Shown here: positions 19,764 to 29,336 of the stretch, piece after piece
Position numbering within the stretch: position 1 is the first letter of the stretch
Layout: every line of letters begins with the position of its first letter
Source: Candidatus Diapherotrites archaeon CG08_land_8_20_14_0_20_34_12
GTDB lineage: Archaea > Iainarchaeota > Iainarchaeia > Iainarchaeales > 0-14-0-20-34-12
Assembly (NCBI GenBank): GCA_002779065.1
Contig: PEXL01000017.1
Coordinates: forward strand, 1 to 42,766
DNA length: 42,766 bases
Reading direction: 5' to 3'
The notes under the pieces: generated by a model
Told to the model about the DNA's origin: nothing
Databases searched by the model: none
The model's input: only the letters and a program-made list of their open reading frames with translations
Program-made: the position numbers and the translations under genes

Positions 19764-19814
19764 GGCAAGCGTGCCTCAATAATTAGAAAATAAATGAGTG
19801 CTTTTTACACTCAT

Positions 19815-20588
19815 TTAGGAAATATATGTGAGGATTGCATCAATAAGATAAAAAGTAATTATTGATGGCGCTGTGAATGGCAATCCTGAAATCACTGAAA
19901 AAAATTTCCCTTTTAATGTTGGATTTACAGTCAAACTGGCATCAAAAATGCTTGAATTATTATTGAGCTTAGAATCCGCATTGAATTTGAAATCATATTT
20001 CCCATATCCTTGTGGCCTTACCTCTAATTGATATTCTTGGCTTGTATTAGGTTTCATAGTTATTGTTAATGGCTTGAACCAATGGGTTGGGAGATTGCTT
20101 TTTACCTCAAGAGAATGTTCTGCAATGCTGTCATTAACGCATTTCAAGGCAAAGGTTGTTGTTTCACCTACTAAAATTGTTTTATTTAAAGAAGCTATTC
20201 CGCATTTTAGTAAAGTATTTGTAACAACAATTTGGACAGTAAAAATATCTTCAATAAGATTGTTTTTTGCTATAAATCTTATGTTCTGGGTTCTTGCATC
20301 AGATGCTTTTGGAATCATTAAATTAATTGTAAAACTTTTATCAAATTCTTCTATAGAATAATTCCAAAAAAGGGGCAATGTTTTATCATCTAAAAGTATT
20401 GAGTCCCAAGAACCATTAGTGTATTGTTTTGAAACAACAATGGTAACTGTTTCTCCTGGTTGTGCATTTCCTAGCAAAGTTGTTTCTCCTGAACTAAGCT
20501 GCTTTACCGTAGGTTCTAACAATTTTACATCAGCAAATGCAGTAGGAATGAGAATGATTAATACGAACAATAATAATTTTTTATGCAT
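19815..20588 (-). CDS. Secreted/surface beta-rich protein with C-terminal membrane anchor
   Basis: Signal peptide, beta-strand-rich body, hydrophobic C-terminus. Confidence 0.65.
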   Translation of the reverse strand: MHKKLLLFVLIILIPTAFADVKLLEPTVKQLSSGETTLLGNAQPGETVTIVVSKQYTNGSWDSILLDDKTLPLFWNYSIEEFDKSFTINLMIPKASDARTQNIRFIAKNNLIEDIFTVQIVVTNTLLKCGIASLNKTILVGETTTFALKCVNDSIAEHSLEVKSNLPTHWFKPLTITMKPNTSQEYQLEVRPQGYGKYDFKFNADSKLNNNSSIFDASLTVNPTLKGKFFSVISGLPFTAPSIITFYLIDAILTYIS

Positions 20589-20672
20589 AGTCCCCCTCTA
20601 TTAATAAAGATAATCTAATGTATATTGATAGTATATATGATTTTTATAAATATGCCTTAAAGAGCCTAAATA

Positions 20673-21311
20673 ATGAAGATATTAGCTATTAGTGACATTC
20701 ATAATGAGATCCAGAACCTTGATAAATTACTGTGGAGCATTAATAAAAAGGATGTTGATTTAACCATAATTTGCGGGGATATAACTAATTATGGCCCAAA
20801 GGATTATGCTGAAAGGATCATTGATAAATTTGCTTTTGCAAAACTTTTAGCCATACCTGGAAACCTTGACTTAAATGAAGTTTTAACTCTGCTTGAAACA
20901 AAAAATATTTCAATACATGGAAAAAGACTGAAACTAGATGGTTTTAATGTTGCCGGATATGGGGGAGGATTAGTTGGAAGTGCCGGAGTAATCTTAAATA
21001 TGGAAGAAAAAATCAAAAGGGATTTGGCAAAAATAGTTGATAGTAAAACTATGCTAGTTACACATCTGCCCCCAATAAATTCAACATTAGATAATGCTGA
21101 TGGGAAGCACATTGGCAGCAAGGCTGTTAGAGAAATAATTGAAACAAAAAAACCTTTCTTGCATTTATGCGGACATGCGCATGAATCTCCGGCTGAAGAA
21201 AAAATAAATGAAACTTTTTGCATAAATGTTGGTTCAGTAAAGAATTTTGTTGGGACACTAATCGAAATTGATGGCAGTAAAAACATTTCCTGTAAGAGGC
21301 TGAAATTTTAA
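20673..21311 (+). CDS. Calcineurin-like metallophosphoesterase
   Basis: SDIH, CGDI, PGNLD, THLPP, CGHAHE motifs. Confidence 0.9.
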   Translation: MKILAISDIHNEIQNLDKLLWSINKKDVDLTIICGDITNYGPKDYAERIIDKFAFAKLLAIPGNLDLNEVLTLLETKNISIHGKRLKLDGFNVAGYGGGLVGSAGVILNMEEKIKRDLAKIVDSKTMLVTHLPPINSTLDNADGKHIGSKAVREIIETKKPFLHLCGHAHESPAEEKINETFCINVGSVKNFVGTLIEIDGSKNISCKRLKF

Positions 21312-21958
21312 TGGAGAAAAAATCCTCAAATACAAAAAACAGCAGAAAAATATCACAAAAAGCCAATCTGGAGGAAAACCGTTTCAAGATGGTTAAGGAA
21401 AGGCATCGCAAAACATTTGAAGAAGCATTAGCAAAAGGAAAGATGGATGAAAAACTAGTTAATTTTTGCAAATATGTTTCTTCTACCAGAAATTACTTCA
21501 CATCTTCATGCTGTTCTGGAAGGATTTTGTTATTAAGAATTGAGGGGAATGATAGGGATAAAAGAAATTGTCATTTTCACAGGAAATGGCATGATATTGT
21601 TTCACTTTCTGAAGTTTTAGCAGGAATAAATGAGGATACTAAAGGCAGGATATGGTTTAAGGTTGAACCATTTATTCTGCATTTGGGCTGCAAAGATCTT
21701 GAAAATGCAAAAAAAATACTTGAAGTAATGAAATTAGCCGGCATTAAAAGGGGTGGCATAATTGTTGCTAAAGAAGGAAAATTTATGGTTGAATTTATGG
21801 GAACCCAGGAAATGTCATTTTTAGCCAAAGAAGATGATGCTATTTTAGTGGATAAAGGATATTTGGAAAATGCAGTTAATGAAGCTAATCGAAAAATGAC
21901 TGTAAATGAAGAAATGCTTATTCGCTTAGAAAAAGAGGTAAGAAAAAAATTGAAATAA
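21311..21958 (+). CDS. taw3: tRNA wyosine biosynthesis methyltransferase Taw3/Tyw3
   Basis: FTSSCCSGRI, KWH, EPFILH, AGIKRGGI motifs. Confidence 0.9.
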   Translation: MEKKSSNTKNSRKISQKANLEENRFKMVKERHRKTFEEALAKGKMDEKLVNFCKYVSSTRNYFTSSCCSGRILLLRIEGNDRDKRNCHFHRKWHDIVSLSEVLAGINEDTKGRIWFKVEPFILHLGCKDLENAKKILEVMKLAGIKRGGIIVAKEGKFMVEFMGTQEMSFLAKEDDAILVDKGYLENAVNEANRKMTVNEEMLIRLEKEVRKKLK

Positions 21959-21973
21959 TGCCAAAGGATAAAA

Positions 21974-22525
21974 ATGGGTTTTGATATAATGCCAAGCAGG
22001 ATGAAAAGAATCTTTATTGCAGTGAATTTGCCGGATGAGATAAAAGAATCATTCCAAAAGCTAATTGAAAAACTGCCTAAAGAAAAAGTAAAGGCTGTGA
22101 AAAAAGAAAATCTTCACATTACAATGAAATTTTTGGGGGACATTCCTGAAGAAAAGCTCGCTGAAATCTATAGCAAACTCCAAGATTTGAATAAATTTGT
22201 GAAATTTGAAGTTGAGCTTTCAGATATTGGCTTTTTCAAAACAAGGATCTTATGGATAGGCATTACTAAAGGAAAGGAGATGCTTGAAAATATTGCTAAA
22301 GAAATTGAGAATCTCTTGGCTTTAAATAAAGAGGAATTTACAAGCCATATTACAATTGCAAGAAATAAGTTTTTAGGGTCTGAAGAATTTAAATTATTAG
22401 CTGGGGAATTAAAAAAGATTAAAATTTCCGGGAAATTCACTGTTAAAAGCATCGATGTGATGGAATCGGTTCTTGAAAAAGCCGGATCTAATTATAAGAT
22501 ACTTAAAAGAATTGAATTGAAATAA
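21974..22525 (+). CDS. thpR: RNA 2',3'-cyclic phosphodiesterase (2H family, ThpR/LigT)
   Basis: RIFIAV and two HxT motifs (LHITMKFLG, SHITIAR); start may be 21989 or 22001. Confidence 0.9.
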   Translation: MGFDIMPSRMKRIFIAVNLPDEIKESFQKLIEKLPKEKVKAVKKENLHITMKFLGDIPEEKLAEIYSKLQDLNKFVKFEVELSDIGFFKTRILWIGITKGKEMLENIAKEIENLLALNKEEFTSHITIARNKFLGSEEFKLLAGELKKIKISGKFTVKSIDVMESVLEKAGSNYKILKRIELK

Positions 22526-22555
22526 AAAATGATTAAGGAATTAAAATTCATTAAA

Positions 22556-24085
22556 TTAGTAGGTTTTTGACACTTCTTTTAGTAAAATCTCTGGCTCTGA
22601 ATAATATTGCTGAACTCTTTTTTCCACTTCGTGATGCTCTCTTATGCCTTTTTCCAGCATCCACTGCAAAATATGTTGCCTAATAAGCAATTCATCCTTT
22701 ATCTGTCTTTTATTCATAAAGGTTCGTTCAGCTAAAACTTCTAATAAATGTGAAGGAACATCGGATCTATCAACAGAATCATTAGTTTTATTCCATTCAT
22801 AAACATTGCTTAGCAGTACCTTATCCTCCATTCTGCTAATCTCTGCTATCTCTTTTACTCGCCTAATTACTCCTTTGTTTTTATCATACATTTTTACCAT
22901 CACAATACTCAGATCAAGCAAGGGAAGCAAGCTCTCTGGCACACTCATTGGTGGGCTTTTTAACCTTGATAGCATTTCCTTCGATGAATTTGAATGGAAT
23001 GTCCCTAGCACACCTTTATGGCCTGTATCCATTGCTATGAATAATGTTTGCGCTTCAGGACCTCTTACTTCTCCAACAATTATTCTGTCGGGCCTCATTC
23101 TCAAAACATTTACTAACAAATCTTCCATAGATGCTTTTGTAACTGATTCTAAACGAACAGAATTTTCTCTGCTCCCTAAATCTAATTCTAAAGTATCTTC
23201 AATGGTAAGAAGCCTGTTATTATAGGGAATAAAACTGATTAGCGTATTTACTAATGTTGTTTTTCCCGATCCTGCCCCGCCAGTAACAATCAAGTTCATT
23301 GGATCTATTTTTAATCCTTCGACAGTTACCCAAAGAAAAGCTGCGCTTTCCAAACTTATTGTTTTATTCTGGATAAGATCAATTATAGAGTAAGGGACAT
23401 TACTGAATTTTCTTATAGTTAAAGTATGACCTAAAGGAGTAACTGAAGAATATGTTGCATTAGCCCTATCCCCATCAGGAAGTCTTGCATCAAGCAATGG
23501 ATCATTTTCATCAATTTTCTTATTTACACTAAAGGCAATTTTATTTAGCAAATGCTCAATCTGTTCCTTGCCTATTATAATGTTTGTTTTGCACATCCCG
23601 TACTTTCTGTGAAATACAAAAACTGATTGGTTAATTCCATTAACCATTATTTCTTCCAGGTTAGGATCTCTTTTGAGATCCGCCAAAGCCCCAAAACCGA
23701 TTGAACTGTCAAGTATTGCTTCAGCAAAATCATTTGGGTCTTCAATCTCCTTGAAAATATTCTGAATCATTTTTGAAATTTTACTTTTTAATTCGTTAAA
23801 TTCTTCTTCTGAAGGCAGCCTTTGCACTAATTGTTCTGACTCGATATATTGCACAATAAATTGCAGATCATCTAAACAATTTTCCTTTGTAACCCCTGGA
23901 AGTTTGGCTTTTAGTTCAGAAAGAGTAAGCTTTCTTAATAAAAATCTGCTCAATGCATAAATATCGGATAACTCATTTTCAGAAAAGAGTTGTTCTAAAT
24001 GGTATAAATTATAAGGAAATGATTGGTATAATGTAAAATTCTTATATGACTCTAGCAATCTTTGGCCAGTATTTATTGCAGACAT
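22556..24085 (-). CDS. Type II/IV secretion / pilus assembly ATPase (CpaF/VirB11/FlaI family)
   Basis: EEIMVNG, DARLPDGDR, TIRKF, GGAGSGKTT, IEDTLEL, LRMRPDRIIVGEVRG. Confidence 0.92.
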   Translation of the reverse strand: MSAINTGQRLLESYKNFTLYQSFPYNLYHLEQLFSENELSDIYALSRFLLRKLTLSELKAKLPGVTKENCLDDLQFIVQYIESEQLVQRLPSEEEFNELKSKISKMIQNIFKEIEDPNDFAEAILDSSIGFGALADLKRDPNLEEIMVNGINQSVFVFHRKYGMCKTNIIIGKEQIEHLLNKIAFSVNKKIDENDPLLDARLPDGDRANATYSSVTPLGHTLTIRKFSNVPYSIIDLIQNKTISLESAAFLWVTVEGLKIDPMNLIVTGGAGSGKTTLVNTLISFIPYNNRLLTIEDTLELDLGSRENSVRLESVTKASMEDLLVNVLRMRPDRIIVGEVRGPEAQTLFIAMDTGHKGVLGTFHSNSSKEMLSRLKSPPMSVPESLLPLLDLSIVMVKMYDKNKGVIRRVKEIAEISRMEDKVLLSNVYEWNKTNDSVDRSDVPSHLLEVLAERTFMNKRQIKDELLIRQHILQWMLEKGIREHHEVEKRVQQYYSEPEILLKEVSKTY

Positions 24086-24146
24086 TTGTTTAATATAAGT
24101 AGAAAGAATTATTTAATGGTTATCCCTTAAGAATTAAGGAAAGAAT

Positions 24147-25532
24147 ATGGTCAAAAATATGGAAGCTATGCTTTCAAAAATAGTCAAAAGGATAAAGCCT
24201 TCGAAAACAGAAAAAGAAGCAGAAAAAAAGCTTATTGATAAGATTTTCGGCAAAATTAAGAAGATTGAAGGAAAGCATATTGAGGTAATGCATTGTGGTT
24301 CTTCTGCACGCGATACAGACATTGGTGGAGACAAAGATTTGGATATTTTTGTTTTGTTCCCAAAAAAAATGAAAAGGGCTGAATTTGAAAAAGAAGGGTT
24401 AAGGATAGGCAGAACTGTTTTCAAAGGTAAAAAATGGGAGGAATGTTATTCTGAACATCCTTATGTTAGGGGGCAAATGGATAACTTTGTAATTGAGATA
24501 GTACCTTCATATAAAGTAGAAGATGCTTCTGCAATGCAAAGCGCTGTTGACCGAAGCCCTTTACACCAAAAATATCTGCTTGAAAGGTTAACTGAAAAGC
24601 AAAAGGATGAAATAAGACTGTTAAGGGCATTTTTGAAGGGCATTGATTGTTATGGCGCTAAATTAAAGGTAAATTCAATGCCTGGTTATGCTGTTGAATT
24701 GTTGATTTTATACTATGGATCTTTTATGGGGTGTATAAAAGCTGCAGCAAATTGGAAGAATGGTGAAATAATTGACATTGAAAAACACTATTCCGATCCA
24801 AGTGAAGCAAAAAAGAAATTTAACCATCATTTAAATTTAGTAGACCCTACTGATAAAAACCGAAATGTGGCTGCTGCTGTGAGCTATAATCAATTTGCAA
24901 GATTTATTGCTGCTTGCAGAAAATTCCTGGAAAAACCAAATGAAAGATTCTTCTTCCCTGAGAAGAAAAAAGGATGGCCAATAAGTAAAATTAAGAAGAT
25001 GTTTAAGGAAAAAGAGATTTTAATTCTAAAGATACCTTACCCAAAAAATGCAATCAGTGATGTAGTTTATGGGCAGATAAAAAATCTTACTAAAAAAATG
25101 AAAACCCGGCTTAAATTAAATGATTTTATTGTAAAATCGAGCGGAGAATGGACAGATGAGAAAAGTATTATTGTAAATGCGTTTGAATTTGAATCACTTG
25201 AAATTGAAAGAGTCAAAAAACATTTGGGGCCGGAAATAGCAGATGCAAAAAATGCTGCCATTTTCCTAAAATCACACAAAAAGATCATTTCTGGGCCAAT
25301 AATTGAAAATGGGCGCTGGGTAATTGAAAAAGAAAGGAAATTCTGGAATGCAAAAGAATTTTTGAAAGCTGAAATAAAAAAGATTGTGGTGAAAGATCCA
25401 TTAAATAAAACAATAAAGAAAGCAAGGGTTGTTGAGGAAAAGGATATTTTGCCTATTTACAAAAAGGATTGTGAATTTGCTTCATTTATTACTGCTTTTT
25501 TAAAAAACCGGGAAGATTTTTTGGATTGGTAG
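24147..25532 (+). CDS. cca: Archaeal (class I) CCA-adding enzyme
   Basis: GSSARDT, DLDIF, EHPYV, EIVP, SAVDRSP.H, GY..ELL, DPTD..RNVAAA. Confidence 0.95.
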   Translation: MVKNMEAMLSKIVKRIKPSKTEKEAEKKLIDKIFGKIKKIEGKHIEVMHCGSSARDTDIGGDKDLDIFVLFPKKMKRAEFEKEGLRIGRTVFKGKKWEECYSEHPYVRGQMDNFVIEIVPSYKVEDASAMQSAVDRSPLHQKYLLERLTEKQKDEIRLLRAFLKGIDCYGAKLKVNSMPGYAVELLILYYGSFMGCIKAAANWKNGEIIDIEKHYSDPSEAKKKFNHHLNLVDPTDKNRNVAAAVSYNQFARFIAACRKFLEKPNERFFFPEKKKGWPISKIKKMFKEKEILILKIPYPKNAISDVVYGQIKNLTKKMKTRLKLNDFIVKSSGEWTDEKSIIVNAFEFESLEIERVKKHLGPEIADAKNAAIFLKSHKKIISGPIIENGRWVIEKERKFWNAKEFLKAEIKKIVVKDPLNKTIKKARVVEEKDILPIYKKDCEFASFITAFLKNREDFLDW

Positions 25533-25593
25533 ATTTTTAATTTTAAACGACCCCGGAGGGACTCGAACCCTCAACCCCCAGGTAACTTCACCA

Positions 25594-25654
25594 AGCCTTT
25601 TTCTTTCTTTTCTAAAGAAAGAAAAAGGCTAGGTCTTATCCAAAAAGAAAGAAA
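25594..25654. repeat. Hairpin + mirror repeat (triplex-type) element A, in tRNA-Arg intron
   Basis: 17-bp perfect stem 25594-25610/25614-25630 with 3-nt loop; 25642-25654 is an exact mirror of 25614-25626. Confidence 0.85.
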
Positions 25655-25685
25655 ATACTAATTATGCTTATTTTACAAGCAATAT

Positions 25686-25747
25686 TTCTCTTTTTTCTTT
25701 TGGCAACCTACATTTTCTTTTTTCTCTTTCTAAGAGAAAAAAGAAAA
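25686..25747. repeat. Hairpin + mirror repeat element B, in tRNA-Arg intron (inverted relative to A)
   Basis: 16-bp stem 25713-25728/25732-25747 with 3-nt loop; 25686-25701 is an exact 16-nt mirror of 25713-25728. Confidence 0.85.
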
Positions 25748-25867
25748 GGCGGACCGAAGCCTGATGCTCTTCCAATTGAGCTACGGGGCCTAACGTACCT
25801 ATTTAAATAATTATTATAAGAATTTAAAGTAATATAACACAAATATAACTCAAATTTTGGTGATTTA

Positions 25868-26026
25868 ATGGTTAGAAAATGCACTATCTGCAACAAAGAG
25901 GTAACAAATGACTATGTTGAATTCAAGTGCCCGAAATGCTTGAAAACGGCAATTATACGATGTGAGAGCTGCAGAAAAACTTCAAAAGAATACACTTGTA
26001 GTGATTGTGGCTTTATAGGCCCATAA
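25868..26026 (+). CDS. Small Zn-ribbon protein (DUF1610/HVO_2753-like), not in the ORF track
   Basis: Manual translation MVRKCTICNKEVTNDYVEFKCPKCLKTAIIRCESCRKTSKEYTCSDCGFIGP (52 aa); four CxxC; usual position upstream of EF-1beta. Confidence 0.9.
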   Translation: MVRKCTICNKEVTNDYVEFKCPKCLKTAIIRCESCRKTSKEYTCSDCGFIGP

Positions 26027-26043
26027 ATATAGAAGGGATGTAA

Positions 26044-26301
26044 ATGGGAAGTACACTTGTAATTTATAAAATATACCCAAATGAAGTCGGGGAAGAGGAT
26101 AAGATTGTTGAATCCTTAAAGAAAATAACAATTGGGGAAGTAAAAGACATTAAGAAAGAACCTGTTGCTTTTGGCATGTATGTTGTAAGGGTCGGAGTTT
26201 TATTCCAAGAAAAGCAGGAAAAGTTAGAAGAATTTGAAAAGGCAATAAGAGCCATTAAGGAAGTAAGCGATGTCGAAGTTGAGGGAATGACTCTTCTCTA
26301 A
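26044..26301 (+). CDS. ef1b: Translation elongation factor 1-beta
   Basis: KIYP, EPVAFG, V..VEV motifs; 85 aa. Confidence 0.92.
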   Translation: MGSTLVIYKIYPNEVGEEDKIVESLKKITIGEVKDIKKEPVAFGMYVVRVGVLFQEKQEKLEEFEKAIRAIKEVSDVEVEGMTLL

Positions 26302-26371
26302 TCTTCTTTATTTTTTCTATTTATTGGTTAAATCGCTCAATTTTAAAGAGTATTTTACCTAATTCTAATTA

Positions 26372-28744
26372 ATGATTACAAAGCTTAGGTTAGAAAACTG
26401 GAAGACCCATAAGGATTCTGAACTTGAATTTGATAAAGGAACAAATGTACTTATTGGAAAAATGGGCTCTGGGAAAACATCAGTAATTGAAGCTATTTGC
26501 TATGCTTTATTTGGCACATTTCCTGCATTAAACAGGAAAGAGGTTTCAATTGAAGAGGTTATATTAAGCAAACCTTATGAAGAAGATAATGCTTCTTTAA
26601 CACTTGAATTCAGATATGGCAAAAGTAATTATTCCGTTAACAGAAAAATCCTAAAAAAGAAAACAAATCAAGCAACTTTGTATGAAAATGGCCGTTTAAT
26701 TGCCGGCCCTCAAGTTACTGAGGTTAACAAAAAGATTGAGGATATTTTGAAAATAAACTATGAAATATTTTCAAGAGCTATTTTTTCAGAACAAAATCAG
26801 ATTGACTATTTTTTAAAGTTGAGCCCACAGCAAAGGAAGCAGAGCTTTGATGAAATGCTTGCTTTGGACAGATATGAAAGGGTAAGGGCTGGTGCAGTAA
26901 AAGTAAGAAACAAAATGAAAATATTGCTTGCTTTGAAGAAGGATTCCTTAGCCAGATTATTAGAATCATTTGATGAAAAGGAACTAAAGGAAATATTGAA
27001 AAAACTTGAAGAAACTAAAGAAAGATTGGGGTCAATTAATTCAGAAATAAGCCAAAAAGAAAAAATTGTAAAAGAATTTGATATTAAAATAAAGGAATTG
27101 GAAAAAATTCGGGTTCTTTTTGAGAATTCAAGAAGGAAACAGATAGAATACAGCACGAAACTTGATACACTTCAGCAGGAAATTGCCGGATTTACTGCGG
27201 CAAAATATGAAGTTTCTGAAATAAAAAAAGAGATTGAAAAATTAGAAAAAGAGATTGAAAAAATAAATGATGCAAAATCAGAAATAAACAGCTTGAAGGC
27301 CTTAATTGAGGATAAAACAAAAAGGAAAATTTCTTTGGATAAGGTTATTTTATCTATAAAATCAAAAAACCCTTTGGGGGTTAATGAAAAGGATATTGAA
27401 GAAAAGATTTTAGGATTAAACAAAAAAATAAAGGATCTAGAAGAATTGATTGACGGAAGTGCGGAAGATATTGAAAAATTAGAAGAAAAAAGGTCTAAAA
27501 ACAAGGAAGAAATTGGTTGTGTTTGTGAAAGAATAAATAATCATAAAAAAGAACATGACAATCTAAAAGGATTGCATGCAAAATGCCCTATCTGCAAGCA
27601 AGCAGTTGATGAAACACTAAAGAAAAACCTTTCAAAAGAAAATGAAGCTTGCATTTCTAAAGAAGAAAAAGTGCTTGATGGGTTGAAAGGCGAATTGGGG
27701 GAGCTTGAGAAAAAGATTGAACTTACAAGAACTGAAGAAAAAGAACAGAGAAAATTATTTGAAACATTAAATAAAGAAATTCAGGCCCTAGAAGGTTCAA
27801 AAAAAGACATTCAGATGCTGCTTGAGAATGAAAAACAGGCAGAATTGCTAAAAAAAGATATATGCAATTTGAATGAAAAACAGGAGAAAGCTTCGAAATT
27901 AATTGCGAAAGAAGATATTTCTGAGAAAAAGAAGGAAATTGAAAAGAATACTGAGATCTTAAGAAAGATAGAAAAAAGTGAAACTGCTGAAAAGATAAAA
28001 AAAGATCTAAAAGGAATAGAATCTCAATTAAAAGAGATAAAATATGACAGGGATGAAGAGATAGAAATAAGGGCAATTTTTGAAAGGGAAAAAGAAACTA
28101 TAAGAAGTTTAGGTAAAGAGCTTGAAACCAAAACGGAATGGATTAATGAGGCTGGGAAAAGGAAGATTTCAATAGAATCAATGGAAAAAAATATAGGAGA
28201 ATTGAAAAGGGGGATTGAAAATATTGAAAAGTCAAATGAAAAAATTGCTATATTTACCAATACGTTAATTGAAACACAAAATAGTCTCAGAACATTACTT
28301 ATTGAAACAATAAATGATGCAATGGGTGATTTATGGTGGAGAATTTACCCTTATAAAGATTATTCTTCTTTGAAAATAGATATTTCTGAAGGGGATTATG
28401 TTTTGATGATAAAAACCCCTACAAAATGGCAGAGGATTGAGGGATTGTTGAGTGGGGGGGAAAGAAGTGCCGCAGCATTAACAATCAGATTGGCATTCTC
28501 ACTTGTATTGGCATCAAATTTAAGCTGGCTGATATTGGATGAACCGACTCACAATTTAGACAGGATGACTATTTCAAGGTTAAGCCTGCTGATGAGGGAG
28601 CATATGCCAACCCTGATTGAACAAATATTTTTGATAACGCATGATAGTGAGATGGAAAATGCTGCTTCATCCAAGGTTTATTTCCTTGAAAGAAATAAGG
28701 ATGAGGAAGGCATTACTAAGCCGATAGTTCAAGATGTGGAATAA
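26372..28744 (+). CDS. rad50: DNA double-strand break repair ATPase Rad50
   Basis: GKMGSGKT Walker A, Q-loop, long coiled coil with CPIC zinc hook, LSGGE, LDEPT, H-loop. Confidence 0.9.
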   Translation: MITKLRLENWKTHKDSELEFDKGTNVLIGKMGSGKTSVIEAICYALFGTFPALNRKEVSIEEVILSKPYEEDNASLTLEFRYGKSNYSVNRKILKKKTNQATLYENGRLIAGPQVTEVNKKIEDILKINYEIFSRAIFSEQNQIDYFLKLSPQQRKQSFDEMLALDRYERVRAGAVKVRNKMKILLALKKDSLARLLESFDEKELKEILKKLEETKERLGSINSEISQKEKIVKEFDIKIKELEKIRVLFENSRRKQIEYSTKLDTLQQEIAGFTAAKYEVSEIKKEIEKLEKEIEKINDAKSEINSLKALIEDKTKRKISLDKVILSIKSKNPLGVNEKDIEEKILGLNKKIKDLEELIDGSAEDIEKLEEKRSKNKEEIGCVCERINNHKKEHDNLKGLHAKCPICKQAVDETLKKNLSKENEACISKEEKVLDGLKGELGELEKKIELTRTEEKEQRKLFETLNKEIQALEGSKKDIQMLLENEKQAELLKKDICNLNEKQEKASKLIAKEDISEKKKEIEKNTEILRKIEKSETAEKIKKDLKGIESQLKEIKYDRDEEIEIRAIFEREKETIRSLGKELETKTEWINEAGKRKISIESMEKNIGELKRGIENIEKSNEKIAIFTNTLIETQNSLRTLLIETINDAMGDLWWRIYPYKDYSSLKIDISEGDYVLMIKTPTKWQRIEGLLSGGERSAAALTIRLAFSLVLASNLSWLILDEPTHNLDRMTISRLSLLMREHMPTLIEQIFLITHDSEMENAASSKVYFLERNKDEEGITKPIVQDVE

Positions 28745-28761
28745 ATTAAAAGGGCAAAGGA

Positions 28762-28959
28762 TTAGGCAGCTTCTGCTTCCTGGTTCTTCAAGCGGGTAAT
28801 ATAACCGGCAATAACATTCCTTTCTTCTTTTGAATAAGGCATCTCTAATTGCTGTAATACTTTTTTGTTTTTATCAAAATCTGCGCTAAATCTATCCCCA
28901 ATTAGCTCTAAAAGATTCTCGGCTTTTGCTTTTATTGCTTTTGAAATCGCTTTTCCCAT
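28762..28959 (-). CDS. rps17e: 30S ribosomal protein S17e
   Basis: MG, FSADFDKNK, SK..RNVIAGYIT motifs; start set at MGK. Confidence 0.93.
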   Translation of the reverse strand: MGKAISKAIKAKAENLLELIGDRFSADFDKNKKVLQQLEMPYSKEERNVIAGYITRLKNQEAEAA

Positions 28960-28974
28960 AGTAGGTATCACCTA

Positions 28975-29184
28975 TTAAAAATCAATTATTTCAATAATTC
29001 CATTAGGATATTGCCTTAGCACACTCAAAGGCAGAACTTTTTTATCTAATTCTTTTTTTGCTATATTATAACAAGTATCTTCCTTATCCACTTTCAACAA
29101 AGCAGGAGCCCCAAACGATAATTGCAATGCTCTTGCACTTATTAAACGTGTTTTTTCAAAACGTGTCAATACCATTTTCTTCAC
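28975..29184 (-). CDS. rpoK: DNA-directed RNA polymerase subunit K (Rpo6)
   Basis: LTRFEKTRLISARALQLSFGAP, IA..EL, LPL.V.R. Confidence 0.93.
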   Translation of the reverse strand: MKKMVLTRFEKTRLISARALQLSFGAPALLKVDKEDTCYNIAKKELDKKVLPLSVLRQYPNGIIEIIDF

Positions 29185-29336
29185 CCAAAAATAATGCCTA
29201 AAAATGCGATAATTTATAATCTAATTAATATTTTGTACTAATAGTTACCACAGCAAAAGAAATAAAAACCATGGCTAATGCTTGCTATCGGATTAAATAG
29301 GCCCAAAAAGCCATTTTATGAAGGAATTAGCCTAAA

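Larger units (their letters stand above)
25548..25790 (-). tRNA. tRNA-Arg(UCG) with a 170-nt intron at 37/38 (exons 25790-25754 and 25583-25548)
   Basis: GGCCCCG/CGGGGTC acceptor stem, GCTC/GAGC D-stem, TCAGG/CCTGG anticodon stem with CT-TCG-G, GAGGG-TTCGAGT-CCCTC T-arm; C32-C35 (CTTC) pairs with intron GAAG as the BHB central helix. Confidence 0.9.

Noticed and set aside
20673..21311. Metallophosphoesterase as the missing Mre11
   Set aside because: Only 212 aa, has GNLD rather than GNHD, lacks the capping and Rad50-binding regions, and is coupled to taw3.
26318..26340. Possible degenerate motif (…AAATCGCTC) upstream of rad50
   Set aside because: The TTCASCGG core is absent; too weak to call.
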